DNA of 64,000 nucleotides from Adineta vaga (lineage: Eukaryota > Animalia > Rotifera), in contig CP075493.1 in assembly GCA_021613535.1 (NCBI GenBank), forward strand, positions 14,880,001-14,944,000, in the 5' to 3' direction. Numbering within the stretch: the stretch's first letter is position 1; each line of letters begins with the position of its first letter. A program made the translations under genes and the position numbers. Under the pieces are notes generated by a model that was not told the origin of the DNA, did not search any database, and worked only from the letters and a program-made list of their open reading frames with translations. Below are positions 37,700 to 51,492 of the stretch, in pieces.

Positions 37700-38185
37700 A
37701 CTATTTGTAATTTGTTGAATAAGATCAATACCATAACAACTACTCAAAATTGTATACATCATACAAATTTCGAAGTGAATCATTGAAAAGTGTATTGGCC
37801 CTTCCATTATTTTCATTGTTTCGATATTTGACACCCCTTTCAAGTAAGTAGACAACATTCATCATTAATAATTCGCGTATCAATTCATTTGTACTATGCA
37901 CAATTTTAGTTTTTTCCCAGTTTCAATAGTTAGCAGTCTTCCAAAATGTTTTTCTTCCATCATGAAGCACATATACCTTTTTGATCAAATCACTATTGAC
38001 AAATGAACTTATTCTTTTAAATTTGCTAGATGTACATATAACAATGGTATTACGTAAATCATGTTTTGCCAACGCAACTTCGATTTTCTTATGTGTTCGA
38101 TAGTGAACTATAGGATTGCTTAATTGATGCAAAACACAATATGGTACGCCGTAAGAAATTAAACTTATATTATTTTGTGAACCTA
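37700..38185 (-). pseudogene. Degenerate coding fragment, family unknown
   Basis: Splice acceptor (tttcttag) at ~38184 followed by an open frame (YGVPYCVLHQL...IVICTS...KKVYVLH) interrupted by shifts. Confidence 0.3.
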
Positions 38186-39197
38186 AGAAAATAAATACGA
38201 TAATGAATTGCTGTTAGAAATATTTGTTCCGTCAAAACAATATTACTGGCGAAAATGAAAGAAGAGTTATATTCTCGAAAATATGTAATGCTATGATCTA
38301 TCGATTAGTTACGAATTTATACTGTAACATCTGTCAACTGAAGAAATATTAATTGTATGTTGAAACAATTTTCTATAAAGAAACATAAGCTACGATATTT
38401 TCTATTTGAATATGTTGTATTTGCTTCTAGAGAAAGAAAGAAAGAAAAAACAACAGCAACTATGTTCATAAACTGTTTTTCTTATCTTCCCTCCGAAAAT
38501 TGTTTATTGAATTAGCAAAAGAAAGTAAAACAAAATGCTCTCATTGCAAATGCTGCAGTCGATTCGAGATTTACAGCACAATCAAATTCATCTATGCTAC
38601 ATGCAGCTATATGCTTTTAGTTGTAAAAACAATTCGAAAACAGTCCCTTTTCTACGCGATTGTTTCAGCATGTAATTTCATCATACGTCAGTTATCTTTC
38701 GATGATGATTACACCGTTTATTCGAATTATATTCAAAATACAGTACAAAATGCAAAATATAATTTGATATTCCATACAGAGTTTATAATATGTGCGAATA
38801 TTTTTTTGAGGGCATGAGTAGCATATTTACATATCATGAGATATCCAATATAAAGTGTATTAACAAATATACACAAATGTCAATAATTGTATGTAAATTG
38901 TAAAAGTAAAAAATACTTTAGAAAATGAGAAATTGATTAGCTAATTAAAAATATCATTTTTCTTTATAAACATATTGAATATTTAATGTAGAAACATGAT
39001 GATGTCAACAGTTTTTCATTTGCTTTGTCGATAATATTTGAAGAGAGATAACAGAAAGAACTTTCGTTACAAATTTGCATTCTTTTATAACAAAAAACTT
39101 TACTTTTATTCATACGATGCATGTAAAACATCGAATGAATGTAGAAATTATTCGTTAAAAATGACTTAATTGATTTCTAGATTAAAAATCAAATCAT

Positions 39198-40983
39198 ATG
39201 TCTCTAGAAGATAATAATTCAACTGAAAATTTCGTAAAACAAAGTAATTTGATTGAAATTTTTTTTTGTTGAATAAAAATTGTTAAGAAAATATTTTCAA
39301 TCAAGTTGTAACTATTTTACCTGGTATTCATTGTGCTATTGGATATGGTTTAGCTAATTCAATGTTAATTGAAGGAAATGATGGAAATATAATAATTGAT
39401 ACATTAGAATCACGTGAAAGTGCTGAAGAAGTTAAAAAAGATTTCGATAAAATTTCTTTGAAACCAATTCTTGCAATAATTTATACACATAATCATGCCG
39501 ATCATATATTTGGTACTGAGATTTTTGCTGGAAAAAATACGAAAATTTATTCTCATTCAAAAACATTAGAAATTCTTGACAAAACAATGAATTTAATCAA
39601 TCCGATAACATTTCAAAGAGCAGCAAGACAATTTGGAATATTTTTAAATTCGAATGTTTCTTTAAAATATAATCAAAATAGTCATCGAGCTTATCTTCCA
39701 CCAACAGATACATTTAATACAGATTCATATGAATTAAATATATCAGGAAGACAATTACTTTTATACTACGCTCCGGGTGAAACGGATGATCAAATTGTTA
39801 TTTATATGCCAAATGAAAATGTTCTTTTTGCTGCGGATAATATTTATAAAGCATTTCCAAATATTTATGCAATACGTGGTACAACAGCACGAGATGCTTT
39901 ACAATGGATTTCTTCATTAGATCTAATGAGAAATCTTCATGCAGAATATTTAATTCCATCGCATACAAAATGTATTGTTGGAAAAGATGAAATTTATCAA
40001 ATTTTAACGATTTATAGAGATGCAATTCAATTTGTTCATGATCAAACAATAAGATTTATGAATAAAGGATTAACACCAGAAGAAATTATTGGTAATCAAT
40101 TAATTCAATTACCGAAAAATCTTAAACAACATCCGTATTTACAAGAATTCTATGGAACAGTTAATTGGTAAGATTGATATCATACGTTTAAATCATATTT
40201 TATTAGATCAATAATAATCATACTGAGTATCGATTTTCATTTTAAATTTGTAGGAGTATTCGTGCCATATTTGATCGGTATATGGGTTGGTTTAGTGGAA
40301 AAACATCGGATTTAAATGTTGATTCACCAAAAGTACATGCACAAAATTTAATTGAACTTGGTGGTGGAACAAAACAAGTTTTTGAAAAAGTCAAATTAGT
40401 TTATCAAGAAGAAAAATATCAATGGGCTTTAGAATTAATTGAAGCATTAACTTTATATCATGAAGATTTAAATCTATTAGAATTAAATGAATTTCATAGT
40501 TTAGTTTTAGAAAAATTAGCTTCATTTGAAACATCAATTAATGGTAGAAATTGGTATTTAACTAAATCATTAGAAGTCAAAAAATTAATTGAAATAAAAC
40601 CATCAAAAGATCAAATTATTGAAACTGTTCTTAAATCTTCAATAAAAAATTGTTTCAAATTTTTAACTGTGAACTTTAATTATGAAAAAGCAGACGAACA
40701 AAAGATTTTAATCTTCTTTCATTTTAATGATACAGATGAAAAATATTCAATTGAAATTCGAAATTCAATTGTTGAAATTAAAAATAATTGGAATGATAAA
40801 ATTAATCCAAATTTAATTATTGAAATAAAAACAGAAAGAATTTGGAAAGAAATCTTAATTCGTTTAAAAACTCCAATAGAAGCTTTGGATAATGAAGATA
40901 TATGTATTAAAAATCAACATGGAGAAGATTATCCTGAAGGAATTCTTCAATTTATTCAATTTTTACTTCTCTTTGCTCAATAA
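39198..40983 (+). CDS. Alkyl/aryl-sulfatase SdsA/BDS1 family (metallo-beta-lactamase + dimerisation + SCP2-like domains), 3 exons
   Basis: IIYTHNHADH, APGETDDQ, FPNIYAIRGT, PSHT, RDAIQFVHDQTIRFMNKG, QEFYGTVNW|SIRAIFDRYMGWFSG. Introns ~39244-39287 and 40168-40253. Confidence 0.92.
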
Positions 40984-41100
40984 AAACTCTCCAAAATTCA
41001 GAATTTGTCACACTGCTGATTGTACTTTCATTAGAAGAGAAGAAAAAAATCAATGATTATTGAATTGATATTGTCAAAACGCTTTCACTATAATGATTAA

Positions 41101-41694
41101 TTAGATCAGCATAAAATCGCCGTTTGATAGATTTACATCAGTGTCTTTGTATGCATATAGTAGTGGTATAATTTCGCATTTTCCAGCAGGACGATATCTC
41201 ATATATTGTTTGCATGAAGTAAAGATTCTAGTTCCTCCAATAGAACATGAAAAATATGACAGAACATCAGAGAAAAAATGTTGATAAGTTGAGATATTTC
41301 TCCAACTTTCAGGATAATAGAAATCAAGTGTACCGGCTCCTTTTTTCCAATCCGAAATCCATCTACCGTTGATATCATAACAACATTGCGCACTTGCACT
41401 AGCCGTTGTAGACTTTTGACGATAGCATTCTGCTGCTCCATAATGAAACCGACAATTCCAGAAGCCTGACTTACGTACATTACATGCTGGATCAGTGGTA
41501 AAATTCGATTGCTTTTCATCCCATGTTGTGCTCACACGACATGGACAAAGAGGGACTTTCTCGATTGATTCTTTTGTATAAGTATCGGATTGTAAAAGAA
41601 GCCAGATTGGATAATATATTGAGAATAATAGATAAGGTATCACAAATATATGTACAAGACATTTTACAATTTCTTTTCGTAAAAACGATTTCAT
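41101..41694 (-). CDS. Stand-alone AMOP-domain protein with N-terminal membrane anchor
   Basis: TM segment, then CPC...TDPACN...CRFHYGAAECYR...AQCCYDINGR...GAGT...HFFSDVLSYFSC...CKQYMRYRP, the AMOP pattern seen in MUC4/isthmin/SUSD2. Confidence 0.8.
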   Translation of the reverse strand: MKSFLRKEIVKCLVHIFVIPYLLFSIYYPIWLLLQSDTYTKESIEKVPLCPCRVSTTWDEKQSNFTTDPACNVRKSGFWNCRFHYGAAECYRQKSTTASASAQCCYDINGRWISDWKKGAGTLDFYYPESWRNISTYQHFFSDVLSYFSCSIGGTRIFTSCKQYMRYRPAGKCEIIPLLYAYKDTDVNLSNGDFMLI

Positions 41695-42018
41695 TGCGTA
41701 TAACGTTAAAAACAGAAAAGGATTGATGACGAGTGAAAGTCTACTGACTTTTTCTGAGAAGAAAAACATTTTGCGTTCTTACAAAAGCACAATTTTGATT
41801 CAATAAGAAAACAGAAGCCATTTACATTAGAGATTACTTTGTTTACCCTCGTCCTCCATCTTATAATGTCGAATCATAGAGAAGTCACTACATTAGAAGG
41901 GATGTGGGCGTGAGTAGTATACTCACCCACACCTTCAAGATTATTGAACAAGTACAAACAATGATACAGAACGTTTACATTTATTTGGCACATCAAGCAA
42001 AAAAACTTAGTCCAGGAG

Positions 42019-42984
42019 TCAATGAGTAGTTTTCATATTTTGTAAAGGTGTCGATTGTGTTCCAATTTGGTTTGATTTTCTAAAAAAAATAGCTGCTTTT
42101 ACATTTTGTCTGTAGACACTTGACATAATCATATAAATATAAAATGTTCCAACATATAATAAAAAACTACAAATAACACATGCATTTCTCCAAACAGTTT
42201 CTTGGGCTACTCTTAAACTAGATTTAACCGTTGATTGAGTAATTTCTGTATAAATACTAAATACAAAATTCGGTGTTGCACCCATAAATATAATGGTAAA
42301 TTCAACTATCATCATAAGATTAACTTGACGATGAAGTTTACTATGTACAATATTTCGTGTTGAATACAGATTATACCATGTCAATATAGAAAAAGTGCCT
42401 AAAATAACCATTGGAATACTACTACACATAACTAAATTAAAATAATTAAGAAATTGTTTATACAGTTCACGATCACTACTCGATGCTGTACATCGATATC
42501 CTGAATAATAAATTGCATCAGGAATAAAGATTATGAAATAAATCATACTAATTGTAGCTGTTATTATTAAAGCTCGTTTGAATGTAATTAAACTTCGATA
42601 TCGTTCATGGCGTGAAGTATTTAGATATCGATCAATACATGATAAACAAAGATATATGTATGACATATAGAAACTCCAACGTCCAAATAACCATCGAATT
42701 TTACAATAAACTATTGAGCCAACTAATAGATCAATACCTTTGATTGCAAGTATACTACGTGGAAAACGAGTTGACCATAAAGATGTTAAATTACTGATGA
42801 AAAGCATAATCAAGAAAACACAATTTGACATTTGACGAAGTTTTTTATGTCGAAGGAAAACCATGATATTCATTAGATTTCCTACTGTTCCCACGGCGAT
42901 GAGGCCAAGTATAACATAACCATCGAGGAAGTTAGCGATCGATTGAAGACGAAGAATTTCTTCTTTATCTGCTGAGCTTGACAT
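42019..42984 (-). CDS. Rhodopsin-like orphan GPCR, intronless
   Basis: GTVGNLMN, YCKIR, CIDRY, TFYIY...SSVYR and seven hydrophobic segments. Confidence 0.9.
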   Translation of the reverse strand: MSSSADKEEILRLQSIANFLDGYVILGLIAVGTVGNLMNIMVFLRHKKLRQMSNCVFLIMLFISNLTSLWSTRFPRSILAIKGIDLLVGSIVYCKIRWLFGRWSFYMSYIYLCLSCIDRYLNTSRHERYRSLITFKRALIITATISMIYFIIFIPDAIYYSGYRCTASSSDRELYKQFLNYFNLVMCSSIPMVILGTFSILTWYNLYSTRNIVHSKLHRQVNLMMIVEFTIIFMGATPNFVFSIYTEITQSTVKSSLRVAQETVWRNACVICSFLLYVGTFYIYMIMSSVYRQNVKAAIFFRKSNQIGTQSTPLQNMKTTH

Positions 42985-43898
42985 CCTGTGATATGAAAAT
43001 GACGAGCTTTCACTTATATTTGTTTTCTTTTTATGCAGAATATTAATGACGCATATTCGGGATTATAATAAGATTTTGCGTTATTTCATTATGAAAAATG
43101 ATATTAGATTTAATTTGTATATATGTAGGTTTGCTTAGAGTCTATGAAATGTTCTCATCAGATATACATCAGAACATGAGATTTATTAGTTAAAATAGAT
43201 TATAAATGACGTCAAAGGTAGAAGATTTTTATTTTGATTAAAAATATCAGAATTTTGTTTTGAAGAATAATCAAATAATGTGTGTTAAATGAATATTTGA
43301 TAGATTTTTGACATATGTCAAAATTTTTTCTCGAATATTTTTGAGATATTAATGAGTTTATAAATTATATGATTACAAATAACGTTCATCCAATAGAAGA
43401 GTCTTCTGTAAGTTCATATACTTAAAAATCATCACTTTGCACACCATCCTCCTTATCATTTAATATCGTTTCCCTTGTTTACTGACGTATTGAGCGTGTC
43501 ATTATTCTCTTCCCCCATATCCATCTGTGTTGGATATAAAATGTATGAAAGTTGACAAAAACGAAATATTTTCGTTCAACCATCGTAAAGTCTTAAAATA
43601 GCAACTTTTGAGAATAATATTATGACATCAATATCGACAACTACAATAAATTGGTATGCTCGTTTTATTTGTGATTTAAAAAATTGCTCATTATTATATC
43701 GAAATATATTTACGTTCGATGAAGGTGTGTTGTGAGAATAGAGAACAGAGATAATCACACATACGCACATCTTCAACTTGTATTAATGCATAAAAGGCTT
43801 TGTCCATAAACTGGATGACGTAAGAAAATTCAAACAGTAAAAAAAAGAATATGCATATTAAATTAGAATAACAACAGACTTCGTCTTGATAAGGAGTA

Positions 43899-44928
43899 CT
43901 ACTCTATAATATTTCTGGTATAATATGATTGACAGCTATCCTTTGTCGTATACGTCTGTTGAAATGTACACGGAACAATACGTAGAAGAATTGTTTACGA
44001 AAACGTTCAGATGCACAAATAGAAATATAAAAGGAGCTCTAAAACGATATAATCGAATAAAATATATAGATTTAGTTTATTTGTATACTTACAGCAAAAT
44101 ATGTATAGAAAACAAGAAGAGTGACAAGTGTTGCAAATTGAAGTTTCTCTTGAATAATTGGATCCATGGTGAGACTTTTGTTCGTGACAGTAGCATTGAC
44201 AGTGACATATGGTAAGAGAGCAAAAACACCTATAACATCATTAACTAAAACTATTACAGTTAACTGTTTATCTAATTCACGTCGAACAAGTGGTACTGTA
44301 CGATAAGAGATTTCTGTTATATTACGAAAAGCCAACAATCCAAAGAATCTACAATACTAATAGGTATATATCCAATTAGGCCAAGTACAACAAAAAACCC
44401 ACGATATTGATCAAAAATTTGATTTGTATTGATGCAAACTACCTTATTTGTATTTGGTAATTGAATATGATTATAAAATACTAAATAAGGAATTCCATGT
44501 AAAATCCAAATGATAATAATTATAATGACTATACGTTGAGCTAATTTTAGATTACAATATTGTTGCCATCTGACGTTCGAGCAAGTTGCAAAATATTGAT
44601 CGATGGTTGCCAAACAAAAACAGATCATTGAAATTGAATTAAACATAGTAATAAAGTACAATCGGGTTTTACAGTAGAATAATGATGTTTCAGTCATATC
44701 GCTACCCGATATAGCAGTCATAAGACGTGGTAAAAGTCCAAAACACATTTGACCGAAGCTAAGAAATGACATAATAATTAAATAAAAGGCACATGAGCTT
44801 TTTCGAAATGTTCGAAGACTAAGAAAGATAAGAGTATTGAATAGTGCACCTACTATACCAGCGATAAATACTGGTATTCCGCCATAAATGATTAGGTTTC
44901 TTCCAATTAAAGATAATGACGTCGACAT
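43899..44928 (-). CDS. Rhodopsin-like orphan GPCR; one intron and an apparent frameshift
   Basis: GIVGALFN, FYCKTR, ATIDQY, ELDKQLT, FYISICASERFRKQ. Frameshift at ~44345 and intron 44039-44092. Confidence 0.82.
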
Positions 44929-45726
44929 ACTAGCTTATAATGATAATGTCTTTTATAAAAAAAAAGAAGATGTTTATAAAGCTTTAAAGAAAGCATCTTT
45001 CAGAATAGTCGATTTTTATAAACATCAAAATTCTAATTATTCAACCATCCATTCATTTCTATTTCAAATCCTAGGCACGTAATCATTAATATGGATTTTA
45101 CGAAACATGTTATTAAAAAGATTAGAAGATATTGACATTGAATGAAATTAAAACTATAGTCACGCAACAACGTTCTTTTTTTATTATTATTAAAATCTTG
45201 AATATATCATCAAACGATTATTAAGGAATCCTTATAGGATTGAAACATCATGCAATCTATTCTGATCTATTGTTAATGAATATAATCAACAATTTATTTT
45301 TGACTGATGTGTGATTACATACTAATCTCATCCGCAATTCTCCCGGGGTAAACTAAGGCATATGAAATTGGATAAGAACGAAACAAATGAGCGAAAGAAA
45401 AGGTATTCAATATAAGAACAAAAATGATATTACATCTATATTCTAACTAACAAATGCTGCGACTTGGAAGCTGTATGAAACTACATTCAGTATGATTCCA
45501 AATATTATAATCGTCGTTCCAATACCTATAACTAATATTATTACAGCTGGAGTATCGAATGCATTTTTATCTAGTTTATTGTTTCTTACAATGTTTCTAC
45601 TGCTCGTCCTGACATAATCTATTTTATAATCTTTCTATTTTAGTTACGAAGTACTAGAGTTTTAGTTTGCTACTTATGTAGATAAGATTATTTTATTCAA
45701 ATGGGGAAAAAAAATATCATCGATCA

Positions 45727-48175
45727 TTAAATAAGTTGTTCATATTTTTGAATTCGATGATTTTCCCAATCAGCAACATAAAGATTTTCTTCATTATCGA
45801 ATGCCAAAGCAGTTGGATGATGTAATTGATAAGATTCATTTCCTGAACCATATCCACCAACAATAATCGAACCTTCTGTATCACCTTCATGCCAAAGAAC
45901 GATTCGATGATTACGCATATCAGCGACATAGATTTGACCCAAACCATCCACGAGTATTCCTCGAGGATCAATCAATTGATTAAGACTATTTCCTTTTCCA
46001 TTTCCACCAGCAACAACAGTACCTTCTGTCGCATCTTTTCTCCATTTCATCACACGATGATTGCCACTATCTGATATATAAATCGAATAATCTTCATCAA
46101 TAAAAATATAAGTAGGATAATTGAGTTGATTATATTGATCACCGACACCATTTCCACCGGCAACTATAGTTCCATCTAAATCTCCTTGGTACCATTTTAT
46201 AACTTCGTTTTTCTTCCAATCAGAAATATAGATAGATCCTAATTTATCCATCGTTAAACCCCAACAATCGATATCATTCATAAGAATTTGTTGATATTCT
46301 TTATTATGATAAAACCAACGTACAACTCTTCGATTATCTCGATCACAGATAATAAATGAATTGTACTCTTTTTCATTAATAACATCTCTTGGACTATTCA
46401 ATTGATCGGATCGATTTCCACGACCATTTTCACCAGAAATAATTTCACCATACGTTAAATTAGAATTCCATTTAATAATACGATTATTCCAATAGTCAGC
46501 AATAATTAGATTTTTATTATCATCGAGAAAAAATCCACAAGGATAGTAGAGTTGAGTCGATTGATTGCCACCACCATTTCCACCTGCAACTGTAAATCCA
46601 TATGGTTTCCATTTAATCGCTTGTAATTTACTCGGCTCTGAAAGAAAAAAAAACAACTTTTTATTAAATTCACATTCTTCACATTAGAATTCGAACCTTT
46701 CATTGTTGTTTGTTCAAATGAAGCAATTTGCGTCAAAAGTTCTTGACGTTCTCGTTGACACTCATATGATTGATTAGTCAGGTCTTTAACTAATGCTGTT
46801 AACTGTCCTACGTAATTCTCCAGTCGACGATACCGATCATTCTCTGAATTTATTTTCATCAGTGGGCATCCAAGAGGTAAAACATGAATATCACCTCGAG
46901 TACGAACCAGAACTGAATGTGATAAAAGTTTCTTTTCAATCTTCATTGTATTCATTTTCATAAGATAAACATCGATTGGTTTCGGAGTAATCATTTCGCC
47001 GTCGAGATATGTATCATTCGAAATATTGCTAAGATAGTTGATAGCATCAGCACGCGACATGACGTACGGTGTGGTACAGTTAGAGAATTTTTCAATTGCC
47101 AATAGTTTATTATGTTCTTCAATACGATCAATCTCATGTTGAGTTAAACTGTTCTTCAGTGATTGAGTATCATAAAGGATATAATGATCATTTGTTGAAT
47201 TTTTATATAGAATTTTATTTAGAGCTTTAGCCAAACGATCAGGTCGAGTCGAATCATGTTTCCAATAAACTGAATTCCATAATTTATCATCGATTTGATT
47301 CAAATGAATCTAATAACAATAGAAAGATTTATTAAAATGGAATAAAATGAATAGTTAACCTGTTTGAATGGTAATTGTTGATCAAGTAATTGTTTGAGAA
47401 TAGTTGGATCTTGTAATGAACTACCGAAACCTTCTTGAATACGTAATTTCAGATTAATTTTATTAATAATTTCATTGAGAAATTGTTTGTAATCATTATC
47501 AGTAATGACTACGATATCGGTCATAGAAAATTGTGATCGAATTTGTTGGAACATTGCAGTATTAATGATTTGATCGGTGGTAACATCGATTTGTCGTTCA
47601 ATTAACTTTTCCGGTTGCAGAGAATAATGTATTTCGAAATTCGACAGATAACAATCATCGACAAGAGATGAAAGAAGATGTTCACATATACTTTCATTCA
47701 TCGTATATATTGGAAAATTGATCGATTGTAGAAAGATAGTATTTGAAAACCATTCTTGATTGATTTTGTAATTTTCACGAGTTTCATTTGTTCTTAAACC
47801 TTTTTCAATCAGACCCATCACATTCATTGGAAGCATTGAGATGTGACATGTTTTATTAGTGTCACATAATGTTGAAAAATGTTCTTTTAAATACTCGTGA
47901 ACTGCTTCGATCAAGTGAGAAGTGTAGAGTTCAACAGAAAGACTTAATTCAACATAACCACTCAAGATATTTCTATGACATCGACTATTCGATGGATTAA
48001 CAAGAGGAAATGGAGTAAAGAAGAAATTCGTTGGTTTTTCTCGATTTTGAAATAAAATTACTTCACCATTTTCATATTTTACACGACCAACATTATTACC
48101 AAATGACTGTTCTGATACTGATTTTTGAACTGAGAATAAGACTGTAATGCTTAAATAGAATAACCTAGAAAACAT
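45727..48175 (-). CDS. Secreted protein: uncharacterised ~430-aa N-terminal domain + coiled coil + NHL beta-propeller, 3 exons
   Basis: Signal peptide MFSRLFYLSITVLFSVQKSVS. Exons ~48175-47360, ~47304-46697 and ~46638-45727. Six NHL repeats (IIADYWNNRI, ISDSGNHRV, VADWENHRI). Confidence 0.85.
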
Positions 48176-48757
48176 TCAATCGTATATAGAACGTAAATAT
48201 GTCAAAGAAAAATGTTAACTTTTGTATTTATTTTCTTATCTTTAAAATAAAGTATTACCTTTAATCTTACAGATTAGATTACAATTACAATTTATTTATT
48301 TGAAAAAATCAATTCGAAAGATAAATTTTCTCTATGGGTATTAAATATCATCAATAAGACTTGCGAGCCACTGATATAATCTATACAACAAAGCACGCGT
48401 GAAAAAAATAAATAACTGCATTCCTCTTCGACCATCGTCCTTTTTTCAATTGCTGAAAGATAGCATGGGTGACTTAAAGAGAGTATATTGACATATCGAT
48501 CCCATTCTCACCCAAGGCGCACCTTGTAACTCGATAACAATGAATCAAGCTTTTAAGTGGCATATTTATTTAAATTTTAAGAAGAAAAGAACAAGAAGCG
48601 AGAATAATAGTGGCGGTACAATGATTCTACTTTTTGATTAATGTTTGCTTTTTTGTCAATAAGTTTTGTGCGAAAAGATAGAGACTATTTTAAGGGTGAG
48701 TTTACCTGTAATTCTATCCACACCCATCTGCATAATGCAAGAAAAAAGAAAAGTTTT

Positions 48758-51492
48758 TTAAATTATTTGATGGCGAGTATGTTCCATTAATTGTTCGAAT
48801 ATTGTTTGATTTCCACCAAGTAATTCTACCACTCGTTTTCTACCTTTGTTTGCTAAAATTTGCCAAAGTGTCTTACTCGAAACACAACATTTCTCCAATA
48901 TTACTATTGTTAAGATTGTCGTGATTATCATGTGTTGAGTGTTCTTTTCTATCTTATTAAGTAGTGATGATGCAAAATCAGCTAGAGATTTGTTTGTTAA
49001 TTTCTTAACATCATCTTCTGTTAATGTCCATAATCCATCGTATTGTTGTTTTTCTATGAAGCGTTCAACTAATTGTCGTTCATCCGTTGGCCAATTAACA
49101 GCAAGGTCTTGTTGTAACCAATGGTCGATTGTGGATTTTTCCCTTGCTCCATAATTCATAGGTTTTTTGGAAAAAATAGATGAAATAAAACCAGTAAGTG
49201 GTAGAAATACAGAGCCAGAACTCATGCCAGTTCTTTTTCGAAAACTTCCTGATTGACACTGTAAATCGGCAGCTTTTGCTGATAAAGATGAAATATTTTC
49301 ACTCCTTTCTAAAGCCCCATCTATAGTATATTGCATTAAACTACCCAAATCATCCATATCAGCTTGACAAGAGCCACTTTCAAAAGATGTAGATGTGAAT
49401 CCATAGGATTGTGATTGTCGTTGTAATTTTATATATGTGGGCGTAGGCATAATTGATACTTCACGTAATTTCATATTTGCATTACTTTCACTATCGACAT
49501 CGAGCCGTTTCTCAACACCAATAAAAGCTGTATATGGACAAAGAATACCATATTTTATGGACAGATCAATAAATAGCTTTTTGGATGTAGTTTTCCATGT
49601 AGATTGGAGTTCACGAAGAACTGCTTTAGCTGCTAAACGCGTGATCATTTGTGAACTACAGTTTGACATCGGATGTTGAATAGAAACTACACTGATTGGC
49701 TCTTCATGTTCTTTGGATAATAGTTCAACAGTTGTTTTATCATCGAAAGGTGTTGATTCATCAAGTAAAGCATAAAATAATAATCGATCACCAATGAATA
49801 CAGGTGATGAACGTTCAGATACATCGAAGAGAATTGTTTGATTAGTTTTCCATTTTATACTCATATTGGTCAGATTTGGGCGAAGAGCACGAGTCAGTTG
49901 CTCTGCTACATGAATATCAACATTCGTATTTGGGGGAATAAAAGTAAAATGACCATTCGTAGCACGTGCCAAACCTTTAACAAGTGCATGACTAGGCTAT
50001 AAGAAAGAAAAGATCATATTGTTGGACATAGAAGAAAGATCGATTGAAATGCTTACAGCATAACCAAGTCCGAATGAAAAAATTCGTGTATATGCAGCCA
50101 TTTGTTCACAAATTTTTATTACTAGATCGACATTTGATATTTCTCCATCCGTAAGTAGAAAAATTTGTCTCATACGTCCTTCATTTGGTTTATTGTTCAT
50201 AAGCCAAGTCAGTGGTGCAAGTAATTCTGTCCCACCCAAATCAGCTGTCATATTCTTAATCAATGATTCTACTTGATCCATAGTTTTCTGATTGTATGGT
50301 ACGGAAACTTTCTTATCGAAGAGAGATAAAAAACTAGATCCAAAACGAATAATATTGAAATAACAATTGACTGGCAGACTTTTCAGAAAAAGTATCATTG
50401 CTTTGCGTACCAAACCAATTTTATTTTCGTCTTGCATAGAACCACTACAATCGATTATAAAGAGAAATTCATTGCCTATATCACTCATGTTTTGTTGACA
50501 ATCCTGTTCATTTGGCATAAATGAAACCATCAAAGCACCCTTTTCAATAGCAGCAATGGTATTTGGTTTGAACTGTGATAATTCAACATCGATAATAATA
50601 TCACGACTAAAATACGTCAGAATTTTATTAAAAAGCAAATACATTCTTTTTCAAATTAATAACTTACTCAAGTTGAACTCTTTGTTGACTAAAATGAATG
50701 AGAAATATATCCGGATTGCTTATATCAATTTTAATTGAATGTGATGGAGAAGAAACGCTAGTAACATTCTGTTCCAATTTATTCACATGACATTGCAAGT
50801 CGATTGTATACGGAACTGATTCAGCATATTGCACTTGAGTTCCATCTGGGGATGAAATACCTTTTTGATTAGGAGAATAACGTGGTGAAATTGTAGTAGG
50901 AATAACGAAACGAATGATTGATTTTTCATTGCCATGTAAAAGATCGAGCTCACTAACGTAACTGATAGTGATACAACATTTACTCTTTGGTTTCAATCTA
51001 CAGTAAGATTTATGAAGAGGATGTCTTACTATTTCTAAAAGATACATACGCTCCTACACTAATAACAAATATATCATTCGAAGCTTCATTTTGTTCAAGT
51101 AAATAGGCACCATGACCATGCGCCAGAGCTTCTGAATATTCTTGTTGTGCTACTTTCGTTTCTTTAATTTCAGCAATGATTTCACGTTCATTATCTATGT
51201 GAGCTATGAATGCATAGATAGCTGCATTTTCTTCAATTGGAAAACTAGAAAAAAAGAGAATACTAGTGAGAATATCTGCTTTCTTTTACCAATAAACTGC
51301 TTCAATTGGTATGGATTCATCATTTTGGAACACTTGAGTGATGGTAACATCAGCAGCAAATGAATGAATACGAGCATCGATAGAGACTTCTTTTAAAGGA
51401 ACCAGTTCTTTGAAAAGTTCTGATGAAAAAATATTTTCCTTTTTAATATATAACATTCCTGTATCTCGATTGTTGTCTTGTGAAAAACTCAA
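48758..51492 (-). CDS. VWA5A-like protein (VIT + VWA domains), multi-exon, with an R-SNARE-like segment near the C-terminus
   Basis: VIT: PLKEVSIDARI...PIEAVY|FPIEENAAIYAF. VWA MIDAS: IDCSGSM, GGTEL, LTDGE. Also LSIKYGILCPYTAFIGV and QQYDGLW. Exact start codon uncertain. Confidence 0.9.

Noticed and set aside
28681-40983. Bacterial contamination explaining the bacterial-type enzymes
   Set aside because: The genes contain spliceosomal introns, match the host's AT content and are interleaved with metazoan genes.
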